DNA of 63,339 bases, the filler included, from Octopus bimaculoides (taxonomy: Eukaryota): NCBI RefSeq assembly GCF_001194135.2. It is 8 parts of 6 records of this genome, joined end to end, with 100 filler letters (N's around TTAATTAATTAA, not from the genome) between each part and the next. Parts side by side here need not be neighbours in the genome. Positions count along the whole stretch, not along the records: positions 1 to 11,957 come from NC_068994.1; 7 more parts are not named here. One strand, 5' to 3'. The notes beneath the pieces were generated by a model. It was not told where the DNA came from and did no database searches. It saw only the letters and a program-made list of their open reading frames with translations. Of this stretch, positions 1-10,970 are shown in pieces (position 1 is the stretch's first letter; each line of letters starts with the position of its first letter). Position numbers and translations under genes: made by a program.

Positions 1-400
1 GCAGTAAATAGTTTCTGCGGATATATTCCTGGAATTAGCGCGCCAAAACGAAGACTTTTGAACTTTACCATTAAGCTGTAATTAGCAGAACCATATGCAC
101 GCGCACACATGGCGGTGGGCAACTATGTATACGATTCTGAAAATTGCTGCTACATTACAAATCAGGCTGATGAGGAATAGACAAATGGTAAGAATTTGTT
201 AAATCCGAAAGCTGGTTCCTGTTTAATAATGATTTTTTTTTAGGTGATTTTAAATGTCTTACCCGCTCACGTTTTTGGTATGCTGCTATATTTCATGTTG
301 AGAACTTTTTAGGTCTTAATAGACAAAATGTGATCTATTTCTAGCGCATTAACTGTCCACGTTAGTGGTCGACGTTATTTTAAAGATATATATATATATA

Positions 401-560
401 GTCAATTCAAATAAACGAAAATAACACGCAACAAGAAGACGTGCACAAGGAATGTATTAGTTTGACGTTCAGTAAAAAGAGAGTTTTTGACGTCTCGAAC
501 ATAGCTTTTCGTCGGAAAGAAGAGAGGGAAAAGGCCCAAGAAAGAAAAGAAATCGCCAAC
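401..560 (-). mobile_element. Family G copy 1: short Penelope-terminus-like repeat with degenerate minimal hammerhead motif
   Basis: Minus strand 522-483 reads CTTCTTT-CCGACGA-A-AAGC-TAT-GTTC-GAGAC-GTC-AAAAAC. It continues CGTCAAACTAATACATT, then a pyrimidine tail and (TA)n. Homologous to 13544-13670 and 62860-63030. Confidence 0.5.
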
Positions 561-661
561 AGCACGTGTGTAGTTACATTGTGTTACATGTATGCTTATA
601 TATACATAAATCTGGTGAAGAAGCACACTCTAAGAAGTAGAGTTACACTGGGTTTCTCGCC

Positions 662-783
662 ATAAAGGTACCCTTTATGGCGTATCTTCAGACCCTAAGA
701 CCAGTTGGCCTATGGTTTATCTTAAAGAGGCCATAGGCCAACAAGTCTCAGGGTTTGAGGATACGCTATAAAGGTACCCCTAT
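662..783. mobile_element. MITE-like foldback element
   Basis: ~54-bp imperfect inverted arms (662-715 and 731-783) around a 15-bp spacer. Each end carries the near-palindrome ATAAAGGTACCC(T/C)TTAT. Confidence 0.6.
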
Positions 784-831
784 AAACCGGCCTTTACCAG
801 TAATAAATACACACAAACATATATAAATACA

Positions 832-975
832 CACATTATCACTGAAGATTTGGGTATGAGACGCGTGTCTGCCAAGTTTGTGCCAAAACTACTTTTAACT
901 GACCAAAAAGACACTCGGGTTTCCGTTGCACAAGATCTTGATTGTGTCGAGAACGATGAAAACTTTTTGAAAGCT
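832..975 (+). mobile_element. Mariner transposase fragment (central part, inverted relative to its 5' half)
   Basis: Translates HIITEDLGMRRVSAKFVPKLLLTDQKDTRVSVAQDLDCVENDENFLK, the mariner region around the WVP-like linker. Confidence 0.85.
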
Positions 976-1644
976 TTGTGTAGGCCTCTGAATAGGTATC
1001 GCCAAGCTTTTGGCAAAATTTGATGCAGATTCTCTGCTCAACTTTCTCTGTCAGGGTCAATACAACGATCACACGCTACACACGTTCCTTCCAAGCACTG
1101 CTGTAAACTGCGGAAGCGAGCTAGAACGTTAAAAATTAGTGTGCATGCACATCAGAGTTCAATATCAATCTGTGCGATGCGGCTTCACTCTCTGTGCTTT
1201 TAGCTTCTTTACTATAGCAACAGAGTGGAGGCGCAATGGCCCAGTGTATAGAGCAGCGGACTCATGGTAATAAGATCGCGGTTTCGATTCCCAGACCGGG
1301 CGTTGTGAGTGTTTATTGAGCGGAAACACCTAAAGCTCCACCAGGCTCCGGCAGAGGATGGTGGCGAACCCTGCTGTACTCTTCCACCACAACTTTCTCT
1401 CACTCTAACTTCCTGTTTCTGTTGTACCTGTAATTCAAAGAGTCAGCCTTGTCACACTGTGTCACGCTGAATAGCCCCGAGAACTACGTTAAGGCTACAC
1501 GTGTCTGTGGAGTGCTCAGCCACTTGCACGTTAATTTCACGAGCAGGCTGTTCCGTTGATCGGATCAACTGGAACCCTCGACGTCGTAAGCGACAGAGTG
1601 CCAACAATAGCAACAGTCCGAACACTTATTGAACAGACCACGTA
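976..1644 (-). mobile_element. Mariner 5' half with TIR, interrupted by SINE-A
   Basis: Minus-strand LTEKVEQRICIKFCQKLGDTYSEAY is a mariner N-terminal HTH. TIR-like TACGTGGTCTGTTCAATAAGTGTTCGGACTG lies at 1644-1614. Confidence 0.85.
1225..1606 (+). mobile_element. SINE-A, full length, tRNA-derived
   Basis: Head GTGGAGGCGCAATGGCCCAGTG...GGTTTCGATTCCC has A/B boxes and the tail is GAGTGCCAACA. TSD ATAGCAACAG at 1214-1223 and 1607-1616. Four more copies in the window. Confidence 0.92.
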
Positions 1645-2239
1645 TGGAAGAAGAGCATTATAGTTTGGCTGAAGCATTGTGATATCGAAGTAGGATAACA
1701 AACAGAAAGGAAAGGAAGAGAGCTTCTAACAATGCAAAGAGGAAATTTGAGTAACCTTTATATATTTCAGGCACAAAGGCCAATCAGAAGAATACGGTTA
1801 AATCTGAAATATGTAAAAGTTACTCAACTTAACTCTTTGTACTGTAAGAAGCTTTCCGCGTTTCCTTTTTAATTGTAATTCTGCTTACACACACACACAC
1901 ATACACACATACACACACAAATATAGATGGATGCAAATATAGATATAGAGACATGTATGTGTATAGGTATATGCACACACGTACACATTTATATACATAC
2001 ACCTTCACACACACACATACATACACACACATACATACACACACATTTATATACATACATAGACACATGCAAAGGGAGGTAAAAAATTATCTGCACTTTT
2101 ACCAAAATATTCTTTACTTTGGCCGCACTGCCTTCAGCGCTTGCGTGCTAAAAGGTCGTACTCTAGTGGTTATGTAACCGAGGTTTGATCTTAATCACTC
2201 CAGTTTTCATTCTTGTACTGCAGAGTAAACATGGCCGCT

Positions 2240-2690
2240 TCACTGGCAGTGTGAATCAAAGAAGAATGAAGATTAGTGGTCCGATTTCTCTGGTTTGAAT
2301 GTGTGTCAGGGGCTGAAATTCACCGCAGGCTTTCAGTACTATACGGTGACAGCGTTCTGCCGCCTGGAAGTGTGTATGAGTAAATCGAGAATTTATAAAA
2401 TGACCGGACATACGTGAAGCCCGAAGAGAAAGCAGGACGCCGATCACCCTCCACCACTGACGTGGAGATTCAACAAGCTCGGGAGATGGGTCTAGAGAAC
2501 CGACGAATGATGAGAGATATGGTGGTATGTTCACTGCAAATTAGTCGTTGTTCTGCATACGAAATCATCCACGACAAGCTTCACTTGCGTAAACTCTGTG
2601 CAAAATGGTTGTGAAAACAGCTTACCGGAGCGCATAAGCGAAATCGCGTAGAGATCTGCCAACGCTTACTCGACCGCTACGACTCACAAG
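2240..2690 (+). mobile_element. Decayed mariner transposase fragment
   Basis: GAEIHRRLSV-YGDSVLP...EEKAGRRSPSTTD...ISRCSAYEIIHDKLHLRKLCAKWL*KQLTGAHKRNRVEICQRLLDRY, with stops and frameshifts. Confidence 0.85.
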
Positions 2691-4533
2691 GCCCGGGCAC
2701 GGCCAAAGACTTTGCAAAACGATATACACCTCAATAATCATGTAGTGGGTTCGAAACTGAGATCATCTAATTGCTAAATGAACTTGACCAATCGACCGAC
2801 TATGCTGCGTTCACACACACACGCGTGCGCACAACAGCTTATACACGTGCATTACTAGTTTAGATTGCTTCAATGCTGTTTCTTTAGATTTCCACCGTGT
2901 GTTCAGTGTTAATTTCTTTTGCACAATCAAATTACACTGAAAGCTTCTACATATTTTATGCGCTTTGGCGATATCTAACTGGGTCTTTTAGTTTTCCCAA
3001 TATTTTATTCCTGGAACTGGATCATAGTTATTACTTCAATGGATTCCTTATTTTATCTCTATCTAATCCGCTTAGAAGAATTACATTACATTACAAGCGT
3101 ATCAGAATTGCTGCTGGCTGCATGTTAGTTATACTAAAAGCATTGTGTAAGGGGTTCAATTATTCCTTTATTGCTTTCACTAATTGGGTTGCGGTCATGC
3201 TGGGGCAAATTCTTCAAAATGTTTCAGCCGACTATATCTAGTAGAGCACTTTTTCTGGTTCTTATTTTATAAATCTGGGAGGATACTGAAAGGAATGATC
3301 AACTTGGCGTGGAGAGACGTAACCGAAGCAGATCGAAGTATGAAAGGGCGTTTTCATCCGATGCGCCAATTCTCTCGATCATGCGCTAATACAAACCCAA
3401 ACCTATACATACATACATACATACATACATACATACATACATACATACATACAGATAGACAGACAGACAAACGTACATATACTTACATACATACAAAGTA
3501 AAAGAGAAGACATTCATATATATATATATATACGTACATGCGCATACACATATATATACACACACAAACATATATATAGACATGACAGAAAGAAGATAGA
3601 GAAACAGAGAGGAAGGAGAGAGAGAGAGAAAGAGGGGGAAAAAGAAGAAGACGGAGAGAGAAAAAGTGACGGAGATGGAGAGAGAAGGAGACANNNNNNN
3701 NNNNNNNNNNNNNNNNNNNNNNNNNNNNNNNNNNNNNNNNNNNNNNNNNNNNNNNNNNNNNNNNNNNNNNNNNNNNNNNNNNNNNNNNNNNNNNNNNNNN
3801 NNNNNNNNNNNNNNNNNNNNNNNNNNNNNNNNNNNNNNNNNNNNNNNNNNNNNNNNNNNNNNNNNNNNNNNNNNNNNNNNNNNNNNNNNNNNNNNNNNNN
3901 NNNNNNNNNNNNNNNNNNNNNNNNNNNNNNNNNNNNNNNNNNNNNNNNNNNNNNNNNNNNNNNNNNNNNNNNNNNNNNNNNNNNNNNNNNNNNNNNNNNN
4001 NNNNNNNNNNNNNNNNNNNNNNNNNNNNNNNNNNNNNNNNNNNNNNNNNNNNNNNNNNNNNNNNNNNNNNNNNNNNNNNNNNNNNNNNNNNNNNNNNNNN
4101 NNNNNNNNNNNNNNNNNNNNNNNNNNNNNNNNNNNNNNNNNNNNNNNNNNNNNNNNNNNNNNNNNNNNNNNNNNNNNNNNNNNNNNNNNNNNNNNNNNNN
4201 NNNNNNNNNNNNNNNNNNNNNNNNNNNNNNNNNNNNNNNNNNNNNNNNNNNNNNNNNNNNNNNNNNNNNNNNNNNNNNNNNNNNNNNNNNNNNNNNNNNN
4301 NNNNNNNNNNNNNNNNNNNNNNNNNNNNNNNNNNNNNNNNNNNNNNNNNNNNNNNNNNNNNNNNNNNNNNNNNNNNNNNNNNNNNNNNNNNNNNNNNNNN
4401 NNNNNNNNNNNNNNNNNNNNNNNNNNNNNNNNNNNNNNNNNNNNNNNNNNNNNNNNNNNNNNNNNNNNNNNNNNNNNNNNNNNNNNNNNNNNNNNNNNNT
4501 ATATATATATATATATGTATGTAAGTATGTATG

Positions 4534-4946
4534 TATAAAATCTATATAAAATCAGGGTACTAAGAAGCACCAGCTTAGCTAAAAATAGGAGTCATAAACA
4601 CTCCGAAACCACAAGAATTAACGCTAAATTTTTACAGGCATGGAAGAAAAAACTAAGTGAATAAGGATTGAGTCTTACCTCTGCAAAATTACAAGAAGGA
4701 ATGCAAGTTATCCTGGTATCCTGATTTCGAGTTTAGCGCCAATAATACGCGATTCTCTTCAACCACATCTACGCGTAACAATACCGCTATTTCACTTACA
4801 ACAAATACCTGTGTTCTTTTGAGTGCCGCAGCCGCATTGAAAAAACGAACTAAGTGAATTAATTTATAAATATGTAAAGAACATTATTACTCATAAGAGA
4901 TAGTAATATTAGTGGCCGCAAGCTTAAAACCGTATAGGCAAAATTA

Positions 4947-5010
<64 letters not shown>

Positions 5011-5101
5011 AATATATATTAAATCAGGGCACTATAAAGTACCAGTTCAGCTAAAAATAGGAGTAATAAACACTCCCGAAGCCACAAGAATTAATACTAA
5101 A
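4534..5101 (+). repeat. Pair of ~90-bp direct repeats (4534-4628 and 5005-5101)
   Basis: Both read AAATCAGGG(T/C)ACT...CAG(C/T)T(T/C)AGCTAAAAATAGGAGT(C/A)ATAAACACTCC...CACAAGAATTAA, each right after a microsatellite. Confidence 0.75.
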
Positions 5102-5102
5102 G

Positions 5103-5131
5103 ACTCCTTTCGGTCATGAATGACCATGGGA
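5103..5131 (-). mobile_element. SINE-E 3' end fragment running into a gap
   Basis: CTCCTTTCGGTCATGAATGACCATGGGA matches the 3' ends of the copies at 46186 and 57490. Confidence 0.6.
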
Positions 5132-5740
5132 NNNNNNNNNNNNNNNNNNNNNNNNNNNNNNNNNNNNNNNNNNNNNNNNNNNNNNNNNNNNNNNNNNNNN
5201 NNNNNNNNNNNNNNNNNNNNNNNNNNNNNNNNNNNNNNNNNNNNNNNNNNNNNNNNNNNNNNNNNNNNNNNNNNNNNNNNNNNNNNNNNNNNNNNNNNNN
5301 NNNNNNNNNNNNNNNNNNNNNNNNNNNNNNNNNNNNNNNNNNNNNNNNNNNNNNNNNNNNNNNNNNNNNNNNNNNNNNNNNNNNNNNNNNNNNNNNNNNN
5401 NNNNNNNNNNNNNNNNNNNNNNNNNNNNNNNNNNNNNNNNNNNNNNNNNNNNNNNNNNNNNNNNNNNNNNNNNNNNNNNNNNNNNNNNNNNNNNNNNNNN
5501 NNNNNNNNNNNNNNNNNNNNNNNNNNNNNNNNNNNNNNNNNNNNNNNNNNNNNNNNNNNNNNNNNNNNNNNNNNNNNNNNNNNNNNNNNNNNNNNNNNNN
5601 NNNNNNNNNNNNNNNNNNNNNNNNNNNNNNNNNNNNNNNNNNNNNNNNNNNNNNNNNNNNNNNNNNNNNNNNNNNNNNNNNNNNNNNNNNNNNNNNNNNN
5701 NNNNNNNNNNNNNNNNNNNNNNNNNNNNNNNNNNNNNNNN

Positions 5741-5962
5741 TTTATAATATTGGTTTTAAATTTTGGCACAGGGCCAGTAATTTTAGAGGAAGAGTAAGTC
5801 AGTTACATCGACACCAGTATTTAACTGGTACTTAGTTTATCGATCGCGAAGGGATGAAAGGCAAGGTAAACCTCGGCAGAATTTGAACTCAGAACGTAAA
5901 GACGGACGAAATACCGCTAAGCATTTTGCCCGGCATGCTAACGATTCTGCCAGCCCGCCGCC
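5741..5962 (-). mobile_element. SINE-C (tail type 2)
   Basis: Head GGCGGCGGGCTGGCAGAATCGTTAGC, B box TGAGTTCAAATTC, core GCCTTTCATCCC. Tail TGGCCCTGTGCCAAAATTTAAAACC. Confidence 0.88.
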
Positions 5963-5974
5963 TTTAGCTGCCTT

Positions 5975-6197
5975 ATATAAAATAATCCTTTGTACTATAG
6001 GCACAAGGCCTGAAATTTGGGAGCGGGGGATAGTCGATTACATCGACCCCGGTACGCAACTGATACTTAATTTATCGACTCTGAAAGGATGAAAAGCAAA
6101 GTCGACTTCAGCAGAATTTGAACCCAGAACATAAAGACGGACAAAATACCGATAAGAATTTTGCCCAGCATGCTAACGTTTCTGCCAGCTCGCCGCC
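5975..6197 (-). mobile_element. SINE-C (tail type 1) inserted at the head of the previous copy
   Basis: Same head and core. Tail TTTCAGGCCTTGTGCCTATAGTACAAAGGATT. 12-bp TSD TTTAGCTGCCTT at 5963-5974 and 6198-6209. Confidence 0.88.
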
Positions 6198-6752
6198 TTT
6201 AGCTGCCTTGTAATGATGATACGATTAATTGTCCGGTGTACTCTGTTACGTCAGGATTGCTCACAAACGACAGAAAATAATAGTTTTCCCCATCATAATA
6301 GATGATTATTCACTTCAATGAATTCAATATCATGTTGAATCTATTATATCTGGAGAATATACAGCGCATCCTAAAACATTTAGAAGAGACAACTCCTACT
6401 CTAATACTCGATATCTGATTTAGTTCGATATAACTATATTCATTTTACTATTGTTAACACTGACTTATACCAGTTGAGTCAATGGAAACAGATTTTTCTT
6501 TTCTAGGTTCTTATAGTTGCTTAGTCTTAAATCTGCCTTGATCGAGCATAATTATGAGCAAAGGCATTCATGTGTAACTGTCTTGTCTGCCTTTTTTCTT
6601 CAGACGTTTATCTGGGAGTACATTTCGAATGTATCCTTCATATCCTCTCCTTTCAAAGATGATAGTTTAGGATTTGAGGGAGATTTGGTCAACGCTTTCT
6701 ATCAGGTCAAGCAACCCTTAAGAAGCTCCCTACTTGGCTCGAGTTTTAATAT

Positions 6753-7100
6753 TTTATCTCTTACTTTTTACTTGCTTCAGTCATTGGAATGCGGCCATGC
6801 TAGGCTCTTCCTTGAAGGGTTCAGTCAAACAAGTCGAGTCCAGTACTTATTTTTAATTTTGATGCTTATTCTATATGTTTCTTTTACTAAACCGCTATGA
6901 TGTGAGACTTAACAAACCAACACCGGTTGTCAGGTAGCGAGGGGACAGACACAAACACAAAGACACATACACACATACATATATGACAGCTTCCACACAG
7001 TTTTCGTCTACCAAATTCACTAGCAAGGCATATTAGTTAGCCTGGAGATATTGTAGAAGGCACTTGCTCAAGGTGCCACGTTGTGAGACTGAACCAGAAA
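6753..7100 (-). mobile_element. SINE-B, near full length
   Basis: Reverse complement of the family B sequence (GGCACCTTG-GCAAGTG motif, central TA/TG microsatellite, AGTAAAA tail). Confidence 0.85.
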
Positions 7101-7262
7101 CCTCCTTGTAAACATGTGTTATCAGAATTCACTTTTACGTTTTTCCTATTCACCAAGGTTTCGGAATGTGTAAGTATTCTGTTCACTAATGCAATTAGCC
7201 TAATGGCAGGGATCTACGGAACCGGTGAATCTGTTTGAGAGGTTTTTACAAAAATCAATATA

Positions 7263-7427
7263 GGCGCAGGCGTGGCTGTGTGGAAAGAAGCTTGTTTCCC
7301 AACTACATGGTTCCGGATTCAGTCCCACTGCGTGGCACCTTGGGTAGGTGTCTTCTACTATAGCCTCAGGCCAACCAAAGCCTTGTGAGTGAATTTGGTA
7401 GACGAAAACTGAAAGAAGACCGTTATG

Positions 7428-7461
<34 letters not shown>

Positions 7462-7693
7462 TGTGTGTGTGTCTTTGTGTCTGTGTTTGTCCACGCTACA
7501 CCACTTGATAACCAGTGTTGGTATGTTTACGTTGCCGTAACTTAGCAGTTCGGCAAAAGACCCCGATAAGATAAGAACCAGTTTTTTAAAAAAATGAAGT
7601 ACTGGGGGCGATTCATATCGACTGAACATTCTTCATGGTGGTGCCCCAGCATGGCCGCAATCAAATAACTGAGACATGTAAAAGATAAAAGAT
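7263..7693 (+). mobile_element. SINE-B, full length
   Basis: Head GGCGCAGGCGTGGCTGTGTGG, B-box-like GGATTCAGTCCC, central (CA)n/(TG)n, tail TAAAAGATAAAAGA. Confidence 0.9.
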
Positions 7694-8449
7694 AATATAT
7701 TTGTTACTATCAGTGCTCACAACGACAAGTATATTAGACATCATGGTTTCAGTAACCGACAGAGAAGATTCAACTTGTGTCGAGAGCTCTAATGACTTTA
7801 AAGATCACTTAAAAAACAGAAGAATGAAAGTGGAGAATGCTATGTGCATACATGACCTCAATCCTGAACAATGAATTTTGACAGAAGATAAGTAATCATG
7901 GGTAAATGGGTCTCAGCTTATATTTCAGTTTATCCTGATATTTGACTAAAGCGTCATTGCACATGTGTATGATTATGGAGAATTCTACTTACTATTCTCA
8001 CAAAATCATTTGAAGTGGGTCCATATTTACGATTAGAATAGGTTAAATTTTATTTTAAAGTTTGCACTGTAAATAGTGACCTTTATTTGATAAATTCTTC
8101 CTTCTCTTCTCTTCTCACTTTGTTTCTGAACAATTAACAATCTGTGGTGAAACAGAAAAATCTTCCTATGAATGCATTTTAAAATGTAAGCTATTTCCTC
8201 TCCATAAGCATTGTCTAACTTCGTAAAATGTTTAATTTAGCATAATTTATTTGCCTTGCTTTACGCCATTCTGACAATTCGAAAGAAGGATGAAATAGTG
8301 CTATATATGGCTGCTAATGACTAGAAAATTTAAGATCTTTATCCTGTATAGGAAAAAGAAATATTAGATATATATATATATATATTCTGTACACTTTACG
8401 CTTTGACTTTAAATTCGAAGTTCTAAACTCGACTTAACTTAATCTAGAA

Positions 8450-9200
8450 CTAAAAGAGATAGTTTTCTTTATGATAGCTGACCATCAACGGTACACCACA
8501 TGTCTTTAAACATTTGTACTTGATACTTAATTATTTTACCAAGAAGAATGAAGCCTTATAGCGAAGTATGCTATTTCTAACTCAGTCCCGATCAAACAAT
8601 ATGATCAAAGGCGTTTAAGCCGTTTAACTCATTGTTTTTTCTTGCAAGAGGCTACATTATACAATTTCATTTTTCTTTATTTTTTTAAGACAGTAACACG
8701 TGATTTGAGGGAGATTCATCCGCAATTTCGAACAAGTTGAGCCATCACGTAGTAGCTTTGTCATATTGTCACAAATAAGTCTGTTAAAAAAGAGAGGTAT
8801 GTTATCTTTTCTGGAAAAGTTTGTTGGACAAAGAGGCACTGTTTTTCGTGGCATACCTCGTTCATGTTCTCTTTCTGTTGAGTTTGGTCCATATCAAAGA
8901 ACTCCTTTTGATCGACAAGGAAAAGAATAAATTCCGTACTATATTGAGTCTATTTTGTAAAATCTTTCGATGAAGCAGAATCTTTAATTTTTTGGGGAAG
9001 AATTCTTCATTCTTTGAAGAATTCTTCGTTCTATGATAATCCTGACCAGTAATAGTCTTTCTGAATAACAGTTAATATGTTTCATTACACTGGTGTTAGT
9101 GCTGTGTTGCTTCTCCTCTTGGTCGTTAGAATATGTTGTAAAGATATTTTGGATTCAATGAAATCATAACGCCTCTCATTTCTCAGTTTATTTTGTACTA
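8450..9200 (-). mobile_element. Highly decayed R4-like LINE fragment
   Basis: Minus-strand YDFIESKISLQHILTTKRRSNTAL resembles AFECRIISLRQHLLTTKCRSASL of the LINE at 25090. The rest is frameshifted. Confidence 0.4.
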
Positions 9201-9799
9201 TACTAAAAAAAACCCATACAATTCCTGATTAAACGTTCTTTACATTCTGAGTTGGAATCCCGTTGGAACGACTTTGTCTTTCATCCTTCTTGGATCAAAT
9301 GAATAATAAGTGCCTGTAAGAAAGTATTAGTTAAGCAATGAGACCGATTAAATCAATTACACCCTTCCATTTTCTAAAATACATGGTCATTTGCTAATGT
9401 TAGTGCTATGTCTCAACGCTACTGCTATCTAGCACCTTCGGATGATCTCTACTCAACCGCTACACAACTGCTACTCAACAGTCACTCAACCCCTCTACCA
9501 CGGCCAGACTACCTCTATTTATATGTCTTGGGAGATCCTATTTCTTCGCCTGGGGACGTCGACACAACAGTTAGTTTCTTACATAAGTTTAAGGCGAAAA
9601 TATTTGTGGGGAAGGGAACAGTGGATTTAACTTACCCAGGTACTTGACAGGTATTTTACTTTATCGGTCCGGGAAAGATTTGAGATCATACTACACTCAA
9701 ACCATCCTGTTAATTATTATAATTGTTTCCCTTTTCTCTCTCTATTCAGGTAATCTGTATTTCTAAATCAATATATTTGAATAATTTCATGATTATTTC

Positions 9800-10110
9800 T
9801 TTGTAGAAATATTTTATCGTCTGCTGATCTTCAGAGTTTTTGAGACGTAGCATTTATAGAAACAGTTTTGTGTTTATGTGTAGGGAAGACGTGGTACAAA
9901 CGATTTCTCTGATATTTGCTATAATGTATTGGTGCTATTGAATGAAACTAGGCTGTCATGTTTCCATTACTTCAATGTGTTCATAGAAGCAGTAAAAGTC
10001 TGGTCTGAGGTATCCGGATTGCGTGTAGTATACCCTCGGGTGTAGAATATATCTTCATTAGATTAATTGGGAACCGTCAGCTGCAGTTTCCACCTAATTA
10101 AACTTGAACC
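9800..10110 (-). mobile_element. Possible CR1/L2-group RT C-terminal relic
   Basis: Minus-strand AADGSQL...ASMNTLK*WKHDSLVSFNSTNT resembles YADD...L..I..W....V.FN..KT. Confidence 0.3.
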
Positions 10111-10223
10111 ATCCACGATTTAAGAAAGTTTATTTGAATGTAATGTACACGTGATTATGGGATATTAACTACAGTCAAAAGTTCAGCCGATGGGAAAATG
10201 TATAGATAAGTTTGTAAATATAG

Positions 10224-10428
10224 GTTTTAAATTTTGACACAAGGCCAGCTATTTCGGGGATGGGGTAATAAGTCAATTACACCGACCTCAGTGTTCAACT
10301 GGTATTTATTTTATGACCCCGAAAGGAGGAAAGGCAAAGTCGATTTTGACAGAATTTGAACTTCGATGGACGAAATGCCGCTAAGCATTTTGACTGGCGT
10401 GCTAATGATTCTGCCTGCTCGTCGCCTT
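10224..10428 (-). mobile_element. SINE-C (tail type 2)
   Basis: Family C head, core and tail. TSD TAAGTTT(G/A)TAAATATAG at 10207-10223 and 10432-10448. Confidence 0.88.
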
Positions 10429-10626
10429 AACTAAGTTTATAAATATAGCTAACTATTTTATTAAATCTATTCTATGGTTTCATAACACCAAATAGTTAGA
10501 TACCTGCATGAAAAGTTGCATTTAAGATTTATACTTGTCCGGTAAATAATTTGATCTGAGGCCGGGCGTTGAAACTGAAACCATTACATCGTGGAAGAGT
10601 CATTATAGTTGGCTAAAAAAAAAATT

Positions 10627-10970
10627 AAGGTAGATAGCTGGTAGAATAATTAGCACATCGGACAAAATGCATAGCGGCATTTCTTCCGGCTTAATATCCT
10701 GAGTTCAAAGGCGGCGAACTGGCAGAAACGTTAGCACGCCGGGCGAAATGCTTAGCAGTATTTCGTCTGTCTTTACGTTCTGAGTTGAAATTCCACCGAG
10801 GTCGACTTTGCCTTTCATCCTTTCGGAGTCGATAAAGTAAGTACCAGTTGCGTACTGGGGTCTATCTAGTCAACTGGCTCTCTTCCCCAAAATTTCAGGC
10901 CTTGCGCCTAGACCAGAAAAGAATATTATGAGTTCAAATTCCGCCGGGGTCGACTTTGCCTTTCATCCTT
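10627..10970 (+). mobile_element. Older SINE-C split by a nested SINE-C
   Basis: The head at 10627-10709 resumes at 10929 (TGAGTTCAAATTCCGCCGGGGTCGACTTTGCCTTTCATCC). Confidence 0.85.
10710..10928 (+). mobile_element. SINE-C (tail type 1) nested in the B box of another SINE-C
   Basis: Complete copy flanked by TSD TGAGTTCAAA at 10700-10709 and 10929-10938. Confidence 0.9.

Noticed and set aside
7158-7900. Cys-rich pseudo-exon split by SINE-B (acceptor-like site near 7157)
   Set aside because: It needs several frame changes and stops to read, and I recognise no family. Too weak without a homology search.
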